A stretch of DNA of 49,677 bases from assembly GCA_964597305.1 (NCBI GenBank), contig CAZQWU010000004.1, forward strand, positions 1-49,677, in the 5' to 3' direction. The position numbers were made by a program, and so were the translations under genes. A model generated the notes under the pieces. That model was not told the DNA's origin and searched no databases. It saw nothing but the letters and a program-made list of their open reading frames with translations. Below, one piece after another: positions 35,887 through 45,865 of this stretch. How positions within the stretch are numbered: the first letter of the stretch is position 1; every line of letters begins with the position of its first letter. Origin of the DNA: an uncultured Bifidobacterium sp. (lineage in GTDB: Bacteria > Actinomycetota > Actinomycetes > Nanopelagicales > Nanopelagicaceae).

Positions 35887-38562
35887 GTGATGCTCGATGA
35901 GAATTCCGATCTACGCGCCGATGTTCGACGGCTCGGGGAATTACTTGGCCAAACCTTAGTCCGACAAAGTGGTGAAGGACTTCTCACTCTCGTAGAAAAG
36001 GTTCGTAAAGAAGTTCGCGAAGGTGGCGTTGAAAAGACTTTAGAGTCGCTCTCAGTTTCTCAGAGCGTATTGCTCGTTCGCGCTTTTAGTACGTATTTTC
36101 ACCTGGCAAATGTTGCCGAACAAGTGCATCGCTCACGATCGATTGCGCGCCATGGCGATCACTGGCTCCCGCAAGCCATTGATCGAATTAAAACTGCGCT
36201 CGATCGTGGTGATTTCTCACTCGATGATCTGAAATCTTGGGTAGCAAATTTTTCTGTGCGACCAGTTTTTACCGCTCATCCCACTGAGGCAGCGCGCCGA
36301 TCTGTATTAAGTAAATTGGCAACAATTTCACAACTCCTTGATGATCCGTTATCAGACACACAAACTCGACGACTCGAGGAGACAATCGATCTTCTCTGGC
36401 AAACCGATGAACTTCGATTAGAGCGACCACAACCACTTGATGAAGCGGTTAATGCTTTGTATTACTTAGATGATCTTTTTCGTGAATCAGTTCCCGAAGT
36501 ACTTGATGAATTAAGCCATGAATTATCTCGCCTTGGTGTGAATCTACCGCCGACTGCTCAACCACTGACATTTGGAACATGGATTGGTGGCGATCGAGAT
36601 GGTAATCCACATGTAACGCCAGAAATAACCAAAGCAGCAATCGTGGTTCAGATGGGGCATGCCATCAAAGTTACAGTTGAAGCGCTCGATCAACTTCGAC
36701 AAGCACTTTCAGTTTCAACCAAATTAGCTGGGGTAGATTCGGCGCTTGAAGATTCAGTTGCCCGTGATATCGCAATGCTTCCGGAAATCGAAGAACGTTA
36801 TAAACGTAATAACGTCGAAGAACCTTATCGATTGAAAGCGACCGCTATTCGACATCGACTTAATCTGACTCGCGAGCGTCACGCACACGGAGCTGCGCAT
36901 ATTGCAGGTCGCGACTATGCACATACAGCAGAACTTCTCGATGACCTCATGCTGATGTACCAATCGCTCCTTAATAACAATGGCGAGTTGATTGCACACG
37001 GTGCATTAGAGAGAACTATTCGCACTATCGCAGCTTTTGGCATTCATCATGCAACGATGGATGTTCGTGAACATTCCGAGGCTCATCACAACGCAGTATC
37101 AGCGCTATTTTCCGTCGATAACTATCGAGATTTATCAGAAACAGATCGCACACGATATTTAACGACTATTTTAGAAACCAATACTCGCCCAGATAGTAAA
37201 AGGCTTACAAATAAAGATTTACGAACCCTTGAAACTTTTATCGCTATTCGCGAATCACTTGATAACTTCGATTCTGATGCGATTGAAACCTACATCATCT
37301 CAATGACCCGCGGCCCGAGCGATGTCTTAGCTGCTGTTGCGCTCGCCCAATGTGCAAATTTGGTGGAGCTGCGAAGTTCTTCGTCATTTGCTCGAATTAA
37401 TTTTGTTCCTCTTTTGGAGACTGTCCATGAACTTCGCTCTGCGGATTCAATTCTTGACGCCTTATTAAGTATTCCCATTTATAGAAAACTCATCTCACTG
37501 AGAGGCGATCTCCAAGAAGTGATGTTGGGTTATTCAGATTCCAATAAAGATGCTGGGATTGCCACGAGTCAATGGGAAATTCATCGCGCGCAACGTCGAC
37601 TTCGCGATGTTGCCAAACGCCATGGCGTCAAACTTCGACTGTTTCACGGTCGAGGTGGATCCGTTGGTCGAGGCGGCGGACCTACTTATGACGCATTAAT
37701 TGCGCTTCCGTGGGGAACCGTTGATGGTCAGATCAAAATGACCGAACAAGGTGAAGTGATTAGCGATAAATATTCCTTGCCGGCATTAGCAAAAGAAAAT
37801 CTCCAGCTCACTCTTGCCGCTGCACTTGAAGCAACTATTCTCAATCGCAAACCACGACAATCACCGCAAGCACTCGATCAATGGAGTACAAGCATGACTG
37901 CGATTAGCGATGCGGCATTTACTCGTTATCGCACGCTTGTTGAACATCCTGATCTTCCACAATACTTTTATCAATCCACACCTGTTGAACAACTCGGTGA
38001 TCTCTTTCTTGGATCACGCCCATCACGGAGAACAGAATCTCAATCGAGCTTGGGAAGTCTTCGCGCTATTCCGTGGGTCTTTGGCTGGACGCAGTCTCGG
38101 CAAATTGTTCCTGGCTGGTTTGGGGTTGGCACTGGTTTACAGCGCGCTCGCGAAGCGGGCCATGAAGAAACTCTTCTCGAGATGCTTCGCGAATGGCATT
38201 TCTTTCGGACTTTTATCAGCAATGTTGAAATGACGCTTGCCAAAACAGATTTGGCGATGGCTCGTAAATATTGTGATGCTCTGGTTGATCCATCGCTTCA
38301 TCATTTCCTTGCACTCATCGAAGAAGAGTGTGAAATAACGCGGCAAGAAATTTTAGCTTTGACTGGAAAATCAGAAATTCTCGGAGACCAACCATTGTTA
38401 GCTCGCACACTACAAGTACGCGATGCGTATCTTGCCCCGCTTCATCTACTGCAAATTTCTCTCCTACACAAAGTTCGTTCTGGTAACGATGATCCGCTCT
38501 TGCGACGCGCATTGCTCTTGACTATTAATGGAATTGCCGCAGGACTTCGAAATACCGGGTGA
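35887..38562 (+). CDS. ppc: phosphoenolpyruvate carboxylase
   Basis: VFTAHPTE, GYSDSNKDAG, FHGRGGSVGRGGGP and a C-terminal LRNTG. GTG at 35887 or ATG at 35890. Confidence 0.95.
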   Translation: MMLDENSDLRADVRRLGELLGQTLVRQSGEGLLTLVEKVRKEVREGGVEKTLESLSVSQSVLLVRAFSTYFHLANVAEQVHRSRSIARHGDHWLPQAIDRIKTALDRGDFSLDDLKSWVANFSVRPVFTAHPTEAARRSVLSKLATISQLLDDPLSDTQTRRLEETIDLLWQTDELRLERPQPLDEAVNALYYLDDLFRESVPEVLDELSHELSRLGVNLPPTAQPLTFGTWIGGDRDGNPHVTPEITKAAIVVQMGHAIKVTVEALDQLRQALSVSTKLAGVDSALEDSVARDIAMLPEIEERYKRNNVEEPYRLKATAIRHRLNLTRERHAHGAAHIAGRDYAHTAELLDDLMLMYQSLLNNNGELIAHGALERTIRTIAAFGIHHATMDVREHSEAHHNAVSALFSVDNYRDLSETDRTRYLTTILETNTRPDSKRLTNKDLRTLETFIAIRESLDNFDSDAIETYIISMTRGPSDVLAAVALAQCANLVELRSSSSFARINFVPLLETVHELRSADSILDALLSIPIYRKLISLRGDLQEVMLGYSDSNKDAGIATSQWEIHRAQRRLRDVAKRHGVKLRLFHGRGGSVGRGGGPTYDALIALPWGTVDGQIKMTEQGEVISDKYSLPALAKENLQLTLAAALEATILNRKPRQSPQALDQWSTSMTAISDAAFTRYRTLVEHPDLPQYFYQSTPVEQLGDLFLGSRPSRRTESQSSLGSLRAIPWVFGWTQSRQIVPGWFGVGTGLQRAREAGHEETLLEMLREWHFFRTFISNVEMTLAKTDLAMARKYCDALVDPSLHHFLALIEEECEITRQEILALTGKSEILGDQPLLARTLQVRDAYLAPLHLLQISLLHKVRSGNDDPLLRRALLLTINGIAAGLRNTG

Positions 38563-38580
38563 CATTTGTTCTGTTTAAGC

Positions 38581-39165
38581 TTAAGAATTGAAATCTTGTT
38601 GCGTACGTTCTAACCCGAAATCAATAAGGGAATTCACACAATCTTCAGCAGTTGCTAAGAAAATACCTAACGCCTTCTTCTCCGAACTCGAAAAATTCTT
38701 TAATACATAATCGGCAGGGTCCTGTTGGCCAGGTGGTCGACCAATACCCAAGCGAATTCGGAAATACTGAGCTGTTCCTAATGTTTGCGTAATACTCTTT
38801 AAACCATTATGACCGTTATCGCCACCACCTAATTTCACGCGGATTGCAGCGAACGGGATATCAAGTTCATCATGTGCGACGATAATATTTTCTGGCGGAA
38901 TATCGAAATATTTGGCGAGCGCGCTCGTTGCTTCTCCAGACTCGTTCATATACGAGTGAGGACGAGCGAGAATCACAGTCGTGGCATCAGATCCAGATTG
39001 AAATGCACCTCGCTTTATTTGTGCAATATGTGCTCGAGTTTTATGCGAAGAAAATTTCGCACCCGCTGAGTGAGCAATCTTCTCGACGAGCATAGCGCCT
39101 ACATTGTGACGTGTCTGAGCATATTCAGATCCAGGATTACCGAGCCCAACAACTAACCAACGCAC
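38581..39165 (-). CDS. pth: peptidyl-tRNA hydrolase
   Basis: LVVGLGNPGSEYAQTRHNVG and GGGDNGHNGLKS. Confidence 0.9.
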   Translation of the reverse strand: MRWLVVGLGNPGSEYAQTRHNVGAMLVEKIAHSAGAKFSSHKTRAHIAQIKRGAFQSGSDATTVILARPHSYMNESGEATSALAKYFDIPPENIIVAHDELDIPFAAIRVKLGGGDNGHNGLKSITQTLGTAQYFRIRLGIGRPPGQQDPADYVLKNFSSSEKKALGIFLATAEDCVNSLIDFGLERTQQDFNS

Positions 39166-39220
39166 AGCGCAAGGCTACGTGAGTAATGCTGGCTGGTGAG
39201 TATTTTTAGCGAAGTAGCTG

Positions 39221-39859
39221 TTACTTCTTCTCTTCTTTAGCTTCCGCAGCAGGAGCAGCACCTTCAGCAGTTGCGGCCGCTTCACCTTCAGCAGGTACAG
39301 CAGCGACAGGTACTTCTTCAATCGCGGCACGAACTGAGAGATGAATAACAACCATCTTAGGATCGCTTACAAGCGTGATGCCTTCAGGAAGTTGCACATC
39401 TGATGCATATTTCGAATCTCCAGCAGCAAGGCCAGTGATGTCCAATGAGAGAAATTCTGGAATTGAAGTAACTGGTGCTTCAACTTCAATCGTGTTGTGA
39501 ACGTGCTCGAGAATACCTTCACGGTCAAAATCACCAGAGGCATGAACAGGAACTTGAACTTTAACGCGCTCGCCACGACGAACAATGACAAGATCAATGT
39601 GTTCGATATTTCCTTTTAACGGATTTCGTACGATGGATTTTGGAAGTGTGAGTTCGGTTTTACTTCCAAGATCAATATCGAGAAGTACGTTGGCAGTTTT
39701 AATTGCAATACCAACTTCGCGAGCTGGCAGCGAGATATGAGTTGGCGCTTCGCCATGACCATAAATAACTGCTGGTACTAAACCTTCACGTCGAGTTTTT
39801 CGAGCTGCGCCTTTACCAAATTCGGTACGCATTGCGCCCTTAATTGAAATTTCTGCCAT
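39221..39859 (-). CDS. rplY: 50S ribosomal protein L25 / general stress protein Ctc
   Basis: RTEFGKGAARKTRREGLVPAVIYG and an Ala/Glu-rich tail. SD AAGGAG. Confidence 0.9.
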   Translation of the reverse strand: MAEISIKGAMRTEFGKGAARKTRREGLVPAVIYGHGEAPTHISLPAREVGIAIKTANVLLDIDLGSKTELTLPKSIVRNPLKGNIEHIDLVIVRRGERVKVQVPVHASGDFDREGILEHVHNTIEVEAPVTSIPEFLSLDITGLAAGDSKYASDVQLPEGITLVSDPKMVVIHLSVRAAIEEVPVAAVPAEGEAAATAEGAAPAAEAKEEKK

Positions 39860-39944
39860 GACTTACTCCTTATACGTCGATTACGGACTGTGGTCCCTCG
39901 CCGGAACAGGCAGAGATTAGCCGTTAAGGATGTGAAATAGCAAT

Positions 39945-40925
39945 TTAACTATGGCCATCAAAGAGGCTGGTGACTGAGCCATCTTCAAAGACTTCACGGA
40001 TCGCTCGTGCCAGCAGCGGTGCGATCGACAAAACCGTCAAATTTTCGAACTTACTCTCTTCGGGAATTGGCAGAGTGTTGGTAACAACAACTTCCTTCAC
40101 TTTGGAATTACGTAAACGCTCGGCGGCAGGACCTGAGAAGACTGCATGTGTTGCGGCGATAATTACTTCGGTTGCGCCAGCTTCCAAGAGCGAGTCAACT
40201 GCCTTTGTGATGGTGCCAGCGGTATCAATCATGTCGTCAATAACGACGCATGTTCGACCTTCCACTTCACCAACGACTCGTCCTACCGTTGCTTCATTAG
40301 GCACTCGTGGATCGCGAGTTTTGTGAATAAAAGCAATTTGTGTTCCCCCTAAAAGTTCACTCCAACGCTCTGCCACACGTACTCGACCAGAATCTGGCGA
40401 AACAATTGTTAATCGAGAACGATCAACTTTGCTGCCGACATAATTCGCTAGTAGAGGTAGTGCAAATAAGTGATCGACGGGACCATCAAAAAATCCTTGG
40501 ATTTGCGAGGTGTGAAGATCGACAACCATCAATCGATCTGCGCCAGCAGTTTTAAATAAATCTGCCATCAACCGAGCTGAAATTGGCTCACGACCTCGGT
40601 GCTTTTTATCTTGTCGAGCATATCCATAAAACGGCGTCACAACTGTTATGCGCTTTGCCGAGGCGCGCTTAAGTGCATCGACCATAATGAGTTGTTCCAT
40701 AATTTGTTTATTGACTGGTGCCGAATGGCTTTGTATGACAAATGCATCAGAACCACGCACGCTCTCTTCGAAGCGAACAAAAATTTCACCGTTGGCGAAG
40801 TCATAGGCCGAAGTTGGCGTGAGAGGGATTCCTAATTCACGGGCTACTTCTTCTGCGAGATCAGGGTAACCGCGACCGGTAAATAATCGGAGCCGTTTTT
40901 CTGAACTAAGTCGGATCTCGTTCAT
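39945..40925 (-). CDS. prs: ribose-phosphate pyrophosphokinase
   Basis: VVDLHTSQIQGFF and VIDDMIDTAGT. I chose the start at MNEIRL (40925). The ORF-track extension overlaps the glmU 3' end. Confidence 0.9.
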   Translation of the reverse strand: MNEIRLSSEKRLRLFTGRGYPDLAEEVARELGIPLTPTSAYDFANGEIFVRFEESVRGSDAFVIQSHSAPVNKQIMEQLIMVDALKRASAKRITVVTPFYGYARQDKKHRGREPISARLMADLFKTAGADRLMVVDLHTSQIQGFFDGPVDHLFALPLLANYVGSKVDRSRLTIVSPDSGRVRVAERWSELLGGTQIAFIHKTRDPRVPNEATVGRVVGEVEGRTCVVIDDMIDTAGTITKAVDSLLEAGATEVIIAATHAVFSGPAAERLRNSKVKEVVVTNTLPIPEESKFENLTVLSIAPLLARAIREVFEDGSVTSLFDGHS

Positions 40926-40941
40926 GCCCCGCACCCTTTCA

Positions 40942-42372
40942 CTATTTCTTCTTTTTTTCCACGTTCTCGCTTGCGGCGATTTCAGCAGATTTGGTACCTG
41001 GTCGTTTTCGTAATACCCAACCCATAATATTTCGTTGTCGGGCACGACCCACACCCATCGCACCTGCAGGAACATCTTCGGTAATGACAGATCCCGCCGC
41101 GGTGTAAGCCCCATCACCTACGGATACTGGAGCAACTAACATGGTGTCACTTCCAATTCGTACGTGATCACCAATTTCTGTCTTATGTTTTTCCACGCCA
41201 TCGTAATTAACAAATACGGTTGCGGCGCCAATATTGGTGCCCTCGCCAATTGTTGCGTCACCAACATACGACAAATGTGGAACTTTCGAACCTTGGCCAA
41301 GGACCGAATTTTTCATTTCAACAAAAGCGCCGACTCGAGTTTCGTTGGCAATCTGATTTCCATCGCGCAAATACGTAAATGGGCCCACGCTGGAATTCTC
41401 ACCAATACTCGTTCCCGAAACCACCGACTCAATGATCCGCGCACCAGACTTTACGGTGGCATTGATTAACGTCGAGCGAGGACCAATTACTGCACCTGAC
41501 TCCACCACAGTTAAACCGCTCAAAGTAGTACCTGGATAAATCGTGACGTTCGGTGCAATCTCAACACTGACATCAATCCAGGTTGTTGCCGGATCAATAA
41601 TCGTGACCCCACTGAGCATGACCGCATGATTGATGCGATCTCTCATAAGTTGACCGCATTCACTCAATTGTGCTCGATCATTAATCCCTAAAATTTCCGT
41701 GTAGTTATTGACCACAATCGGGATAACTTTTTTACCATCTTTCTTCATGATGGCGATAACGTCAGTGAGATATTCCTCGCCTTGCGCGTTATTGGTCGTA
41801 ATCTTTCCTAACGCATCTATTAAAGCTGCAGCCTCAAATAGATACACACCGGAGTTAATCTCTGAGATATTTTTAATTTCAGGTGTTGCATCTTTCTCTT
41901 CAACAATCGAACTCAGCTCATCCTGTTCGTCACGAACGATCCGGCCATAACCAAACGGATCCGGAACTTCTGCAGTCAAAACAGTTGCTACTGCCTTCGC
42001 AGATACATGTTCAGCAATTAACTCATTGAGCGTAGTTCCTGTTAATAGTGGCGTATCACCTGCCGTCACAAGAACTGTTCCTTGCACAGGGCCAGCCTGA
42101 AGCGCTAATCGGACGGCATGACCAGTTCCATTTCTTTTCTCCTGCAGAACAGTTTTTACTTTTGGCGCGATTTCATTGAGATGCTCAGTTACGAGTGAAT
42201 GTTGTGCACCAACGACAACTCGAATATCACTTACCTGTGTTTCAGATACTGCATGGAGAACATGCCCTACCAGTGAACGACCAGAAATTTCGTGGAGAAC
42301 TTTTGCTGTTGTTGATTTCATTCGGGTGCCATCACCGGCTGCCAGAACTATTGCAAGATCTAGGCGATTCAA
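40942..42372 (-). CDS. glmU: bifunctional UDP-GlcNAc pyrophosphorylase / GlcN-1-P acetyltransferase
   Basis: LAAGDGTRMKS and C-terminal left-handed beta-helix hexapeptide repeats. I chose TTG at 42372 (GGGAGAG upstream), because the ORF-track N-terminus runs through the tRNA-Gln gene. Confidence 0.85.
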   Translation of the reverse strand: MNRLDLAIVLAAGDGTRMKSTTAKVLHEISGRSLVGHVLHAVSETQVSDIRVVVGAQHSLVTEHLNEIAPKVKTVLQEKRNGTGHAVRLALQAGPVQGTVLVTAGDTPLLTGTTLNELIAEHVSAKAVATVLTAEVPDPFGYGRIVRDEQDELSSIVEEKDATPEIKNISEINSGVYLFEAAALIDALGKITTNNAQGEEYLTDVIAIMKKDGKKVIPIVVNNYTEILGINDRAQLSECGQLMRDRINHAVMLSGVTIIDPATTWIDVSVEIAPNVTIYPGTTLSGLTVVESGAVIGPRSTLINATVKSGARIIESVVSGTSIGENSSVGPFTYLRDGNQIANETRVGAFVEMKNSVLGQGSKVPHLSYVGDATIGEGTNIGAATVFVNYDGVEKHKTEIGDHVRIGSDTMLVAPVSVGDGAYTAAGSVITEDVPAGAMGVGRARQRNIMGWVLRKRPGTKSAEIAASENVEKKKK

Positions 42373-42407
42373 CAGCTCTCCCGTCGTTATAGATGGAATT
42401 CTACTGA

Positions 42408-42482
42408 TGGCTCCTCCACCAGGTATCGATCCTGGACCCTGGGCTTCAAAGGCCCATGTGCTAGCCACTACACAATGGAGGA
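42408..42482 (-). tRNA. tRNA-Gln (anticodon UUG), CCA encoded
   Basis: TCCTCCA TT GTGT AGTGGCTAG CACA TGGGC CTTTGAA GCCCA GGGT CCAGG ATCGATA CCTGG TGGAGGA G CCA. U1:A72 and G73 are typical of Gln. The position upstream of glmU is conserved in actinobacteria. The T-loop reads AUCGAUA rather than UUCGAAU. Confidence 0.85.
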
Positions 42483-42538
42483 ACCCGTATTCTCTCGTAT
42501 TTTTTCTTCTCGTCTAACCATCACGTACCGTTACCTCC

Positions 42539-43240
42539 ATGCCCACTGCACAATCTCGCGCGAATCGACCACATGCGAAGAGAGCTCGCGGGAAGAGTCC
42601 CGTACCTAAGCGGCGGATGAGCAGCGCTGATCGCAGGAATCAGTTAATCGAAGTTTCACGGGCACTCTTTGCCGAGAAAGGCGTTGAGGCTACGACAGTA
42701 GAAGAAATTGCAGCAGCAGCGGATGTTTCCAAACCTGTTATTTATGAACATTTCGGCGGTAAAGAAGGACTTTATGCCGTTGTCGTTGATCGTGAAATCG
42801 CTGCATTATTAGCATTAATTACGGCATCGCTTCAAGCTGGAAGACCACGCGCTCGAGCAGAAGCTGCGGCAATTGCATTTCTTACCTATATTGAAACACG
42901 AAGTGATGGATTTCAAATATTAGTTCGAGACTCAACGGTGGGAGCACAAAGCGGTTCTTTTGCAACGCTCATTAGTGATGTTGCAACACAGGTTGAAGGA
43001 ATTTTTGTAGAAGAATTTCGTGCGCGCGGATTTGATCCCAAAATGGCGCCGATGTATTCACAAATGTTGGTGGGAATGGTGGCGCTCACTGGTCAATGGT
43101 GGCTTGATTCCCAATGGCCATCACGCGATATTGTTGCGGCGCATATTGTGAATTTGGCTTGGAATGGACTCTCAAGTTTGGAATCCCGACCGCAAATGGC
43201 TAGCTTGGCTCAGGCGAAAATTAAGAAAACAAATAAGTAA
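42539..43240 (+). CDS. TetR/AcrR family transcriptional regulator
   Basis: HTH LFAEKGVEATTVEEIAAAADVSKPVIYEHFGGKEGLY. TACCGT-N7-ATG upstream suggests a leaderless mRNA. Confidence 0.8.
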   Translation: MPTAQSRANRPHAKRARGKSPVPKRRMSSADRRNQLIEVSRALFAEKGVEATTVEEIAAAADVSKPVIYEHFGGKEGLYAVVVDREIAALLALITASLQAGRPRARAEAAAIAFLTYIETRSDGFQILVRDSTVGAQSGSFATLISDVATQVEGIFVEEFRARGFDPKMAPMYSQMLVGMVALTGQWWLDSQWPSRDIVAAHIVNLAWNGLSSLESRPQMASLAQAKIKKTNK

Positions 43241-43243
43241 AAA

Positions 43244-44161
43244 TTAATGATGATCAATTACACGTGCGCCAGCAACTGGACCTGTTGCTTGCACAATTGT
43301 TCCCACTACTCCGCTCGAGGTTAATGCAACAACAAGATCGAGTGAGTGCTCTTCATTTTCAGCAAGAAATGCCACAGTGGGGCCAGAACCAGAAACAATC
43401 CCGCCCAGAGCTCCGTAATCAAGTCCAACATCAAGAATAAGTCGAAGCGCTGGCTTCAAAGAACATGCTGCTGCTTGAAGATCATTTGATAAAGATTTTC
43501 CTAACGCAGCTGCATCTCCACTCATGAGAGCCTGCATTAATGCGCCATTCACGACGGGTTGTGCAACAGTGAGTCCGTCGCGTAATCGATCACATTCTTG
43601 ATAAACCGCGGGAGTCGAAAGTCCTGCGCTCGATAGCGCTAAAACCCAGTAATACGTGCCACGCGAAAGCGCCGGCGTTATGTTTTCACCTCGCCCTGTA
43701 CCGATAGCTGTACCACCGGAAATCGTGAATGGCACATCACTTCCCAGTGAACTGCCCACCTTCTCCATTTCATGTCGCGATATTCCTAAATTAAAAAGTG
43801 AATCAAGTGCAACGATGACACCGCCAGCATCTGCGCTACCACCGGCCATACCGCCAGCAACGGGGATTGATTTCTTGATTGAAATTGCCAGATCTCGAGG
43901 GAGCGCGTAATCCGTGCACATTAACTCGGCTGCTTTATAAGCCAAATTTCGTTGATCGAGAGGAACTGAATCGGCATGTTCGCCGGCAACGGTAACGGTA
44001 ATTCCTTTTCCCGGTTCTTGTGATCGAACTGTAATGTCATCAAAAAGCGATACCGCTTGAAAAACCGTAGCAACATCGTGATAACCAGTTTTATTGAGCG
44101 GTCCTACTGAAAGTTGTAAATTGATTTTTCCAGGGACACGAACTGTCGTTGCTTTACTCAT
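43244..44161 (-). CDS. ispE: 4-diphosphocytidyl-2-C-methyl-D-erythritol kinase
   Basis: KINLQLSVG and the GHMP kinase motif PVAGGMAGGSADAG. Confidence 0.9.
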   Translation of the reverse strand: MSKATTVRVPGKINLQLSVGPLNKTGYHDVATVFQAVSLFDDITVRSQEPGKGITVTVAGEHADSVPLDQRNLAYKAAELMCTDYALPRDLAISIKKSIPVAGGMAGGSADAGGVIVALDSLFNLGISRHEMEKVGSSLGSDVPFTISGGTAIGTGRGENITPALSRGTYYWVLALSSAGLSTPAVYQECDRLRDGLTVAQPVVNGALMQALMSGDAAALGKSLSNDLQAAACSLKPALRLILDVGLDYGALGGIVSGSGPTVAFLAENEEHSLDLVVALTSSGVVGTIVQATGPVAGARVIDHH

Positions 44162-45009
44162 TAGTGATGAGCGTATTCGGCAATCCGATAAAAGTCAGTA
44201 ATTGTCAGCGATTCACCGCGGAAAGTGGGTTCGATTCCGAGAGTTTTGAAGGCGTGTTCACTCTGCTGGATGTCGCCGAATCGATGTCCTATTACCTTTC
44301 GTATCATTTTTCGGCGTTGGCTAAACGCCTGATCTACAATGGCAAAAGTTCGAGCTCGTGCATCATCGTCGCCAAGCGGTGCATGTCGAATGAACTTCAC
44401 AAGTGATGAATCAACATTGGGAATCGGCCAAAAAATCGTCCGACTTACTGAACCTGCAAGTGAGAGATCTGCCCACCACGCTGCTTTAGCGCTCGGAGCA
44501 CCATAAATTTTTGAACCTGCCTGAGCTGCCAATCGTTCTGCCACCTCACTCTGAACCATTACCACCCCCGATGTAATCGTCGGAAATTTCTCCAAGATTC
44601 TCAGAAGAACTGGCACCGAAACGTTGTAAGGAAGATTTGCCACAAGCTTGGTGGGCTTTTTTTCCCATAGTGGAATATTTTCATCGAGCTCCATCGCATC
44701 ACATTGGTGCACAGTGATATTGGTGGCGCCATGGCGCTGGGTTGTCGCCGGGAGTAATTTCGCGAGGCGATGATCGATTTCGATTGCAATAACGTGGTGG
44801 GCACGTTGTGCAAGTGCAAGCGTCAACGAACCTAGCCCTGGTCCAATTTCTAAAACGGTATCGGCGCCATCGACTTCAGCAGTTCTCACTATTTTTTGGC
44901 AGACATTGCTATCAATCACAAAGTTCTGACCCAATTTTTTCGCCGGACGTAAGTCTAAGTCTCGTGCTAATTCGCGAATTTCACTGGCGCCTAAGAGTGA
45001 AATGTTCAT
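44161..45009 (-). CDS. rsmA: 16S rRNA (adenine1518/1519-N6)-dimethyltransferase
   Basis: KKLGQNFV, the SAM motif LEIGPGLGSLT, and ANLPYNVS. Confidence 0.9.
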   Translation of the reverse strand: MNISLLGASEIRELARDLDLRPAKKLGQNFVIDSNVCQKIVRTAEVDGADTVLEIGPGLGSLTLALAQRAHHVIAIEIDHRLAKLLPATTQRHGATNITVHQCDAMELDENIPLWEKKPTKLVANLPYNVSVPVLLRILEKFPTITSGVVMVQSEVAERLAAQAGSKIYGAPSAKAAWWADLSLAGSVSRTIFWPIPNVDSSLVKFIRHAPLGDDDARARTFAIVDQAFSQRRKMIRKVIGHRFGDIQQSEHAFKTLGIEPTFRGESLTITDFYRIAEYAHH

Positions 45010-45863
45010 GAAAAAGAACCAAAAACGAGTTCGGCATTGTCACTGCATAACTGTGCAACGTGTTCTGGTGACTCGTGTCGCTCATGTGCAATTGCTCGAA
45101 TGGTGTTCGGTATTTGTGCCGGAGTATTGAGCGCTCCCCGATGTGGCATGGGGCATAAAAATGGTGAATCAGTTTCCACCAATAAAAGATGCGGTGGCAC
45201 AAGTGATGCAGCCTCACGCAGGTGCGGCGCATTTTTGAACGTCACTGTGCCAGCAAATGAAAGGTAATAACCAGCCGAGATGCATTCGCGTGCCATGTCA
45301 GCATCGCCAGAAAAGCAATGGAAAACGGTTTTCTCAGGCGCACCTTCTTCTTGCAAGACATCGAGAACAGCACGATGTGCATCGCGGTCATGTATCACTA
45401 ACGCTTTGTTATGACGTTTTGCGATATCAATATGTCGGCGGAAAGAATATTTTTGTCGATCTTGCAGAGCAGGTTCGGTGCGAAAGAAATCTAATCCCGT
45501 TTCACCAATGGCACGTACTCGTTCATTCGCCGCTAGCTTTTCAATAAGTGAAATATCGTGTTCGAGATCATCAACAACAGGGGCTTCGTTGGGATGTAGC
45601 GCTACAGCAGCTAACACGCGCGGCCAGGCGTTAGCGAAATCAACGCACCATTGAGATTGCTCAGCCGAATATCCCACTTGAACAATACGATCAATACCAA
45701 CGCTTTGACATTCAGCAAGTAATTCAGCAAACCGCACGTCAGAAGGTGTTGCGCCGTCAAACACCAACTCTAAATGTGCGTGTGAATCTACTGTTGGATA
45801 ATTGAGTGGGAGTGGTAGCGGTGCCGGCGGTCGATCAATATCTCGATTATGTCGATCTGCCAT
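45006..45863 (-). CDS. tatD: TatD-family metal-dependent DNase/hydrolase
   Basis: DSHAHLE, IGETGLDF, VIHDRDA and ETDSPF. ATG at 45863 lies 2 nt after the metG stop. Confidence 0.85.
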   Translation of the reverse strand: MADRHNRDIDRPPAPLPLPLNYPTVDSHAHLELVFDGATPSDVRFAELLAECQSVGIDRIVQVGYSAEQSQWCVDFANAWPRVLAAVALHPNEAPVVDDLEHDISLIEKLAANERVRAIGETGLDFFRTEPALQDRQKYSFRRHIDIAKRHNKALVIHDRDAHRAVLDVLQEEGAPEKTVFHCFSGDADMARECISAGYYLSFAGTVTFKNAPHLREAASLVPPHLLLVETDSPFLCPMPHRGALNTPAQIPNTIRAIAHERHESPEHVAQLCSDNAELVFGSFS

Positions 45864-45865
45864 TA

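Noticed and set aside
40926-41117. 64-aa N-terminal extension of the prs ORF
   Set aside because: It overlaps the 3' end of glmU in another frame. The conserved Prs N-terminus begins at MNEIRL (ATG at 40925), which has an SD-like AAAGGGTG upstream.
42373-42468. N-terminal extension of the glmU ORF (MASTWAFEAQGPGSIPGGG...)
   Set aside because: This stretch is the same-strand read-through of the tRNA-Gln gene (42408-42482). The conserved GlmU N-terminus (LAAGDGTRMKS) starts just downstream of a TTG with a GGGAGAG SD.
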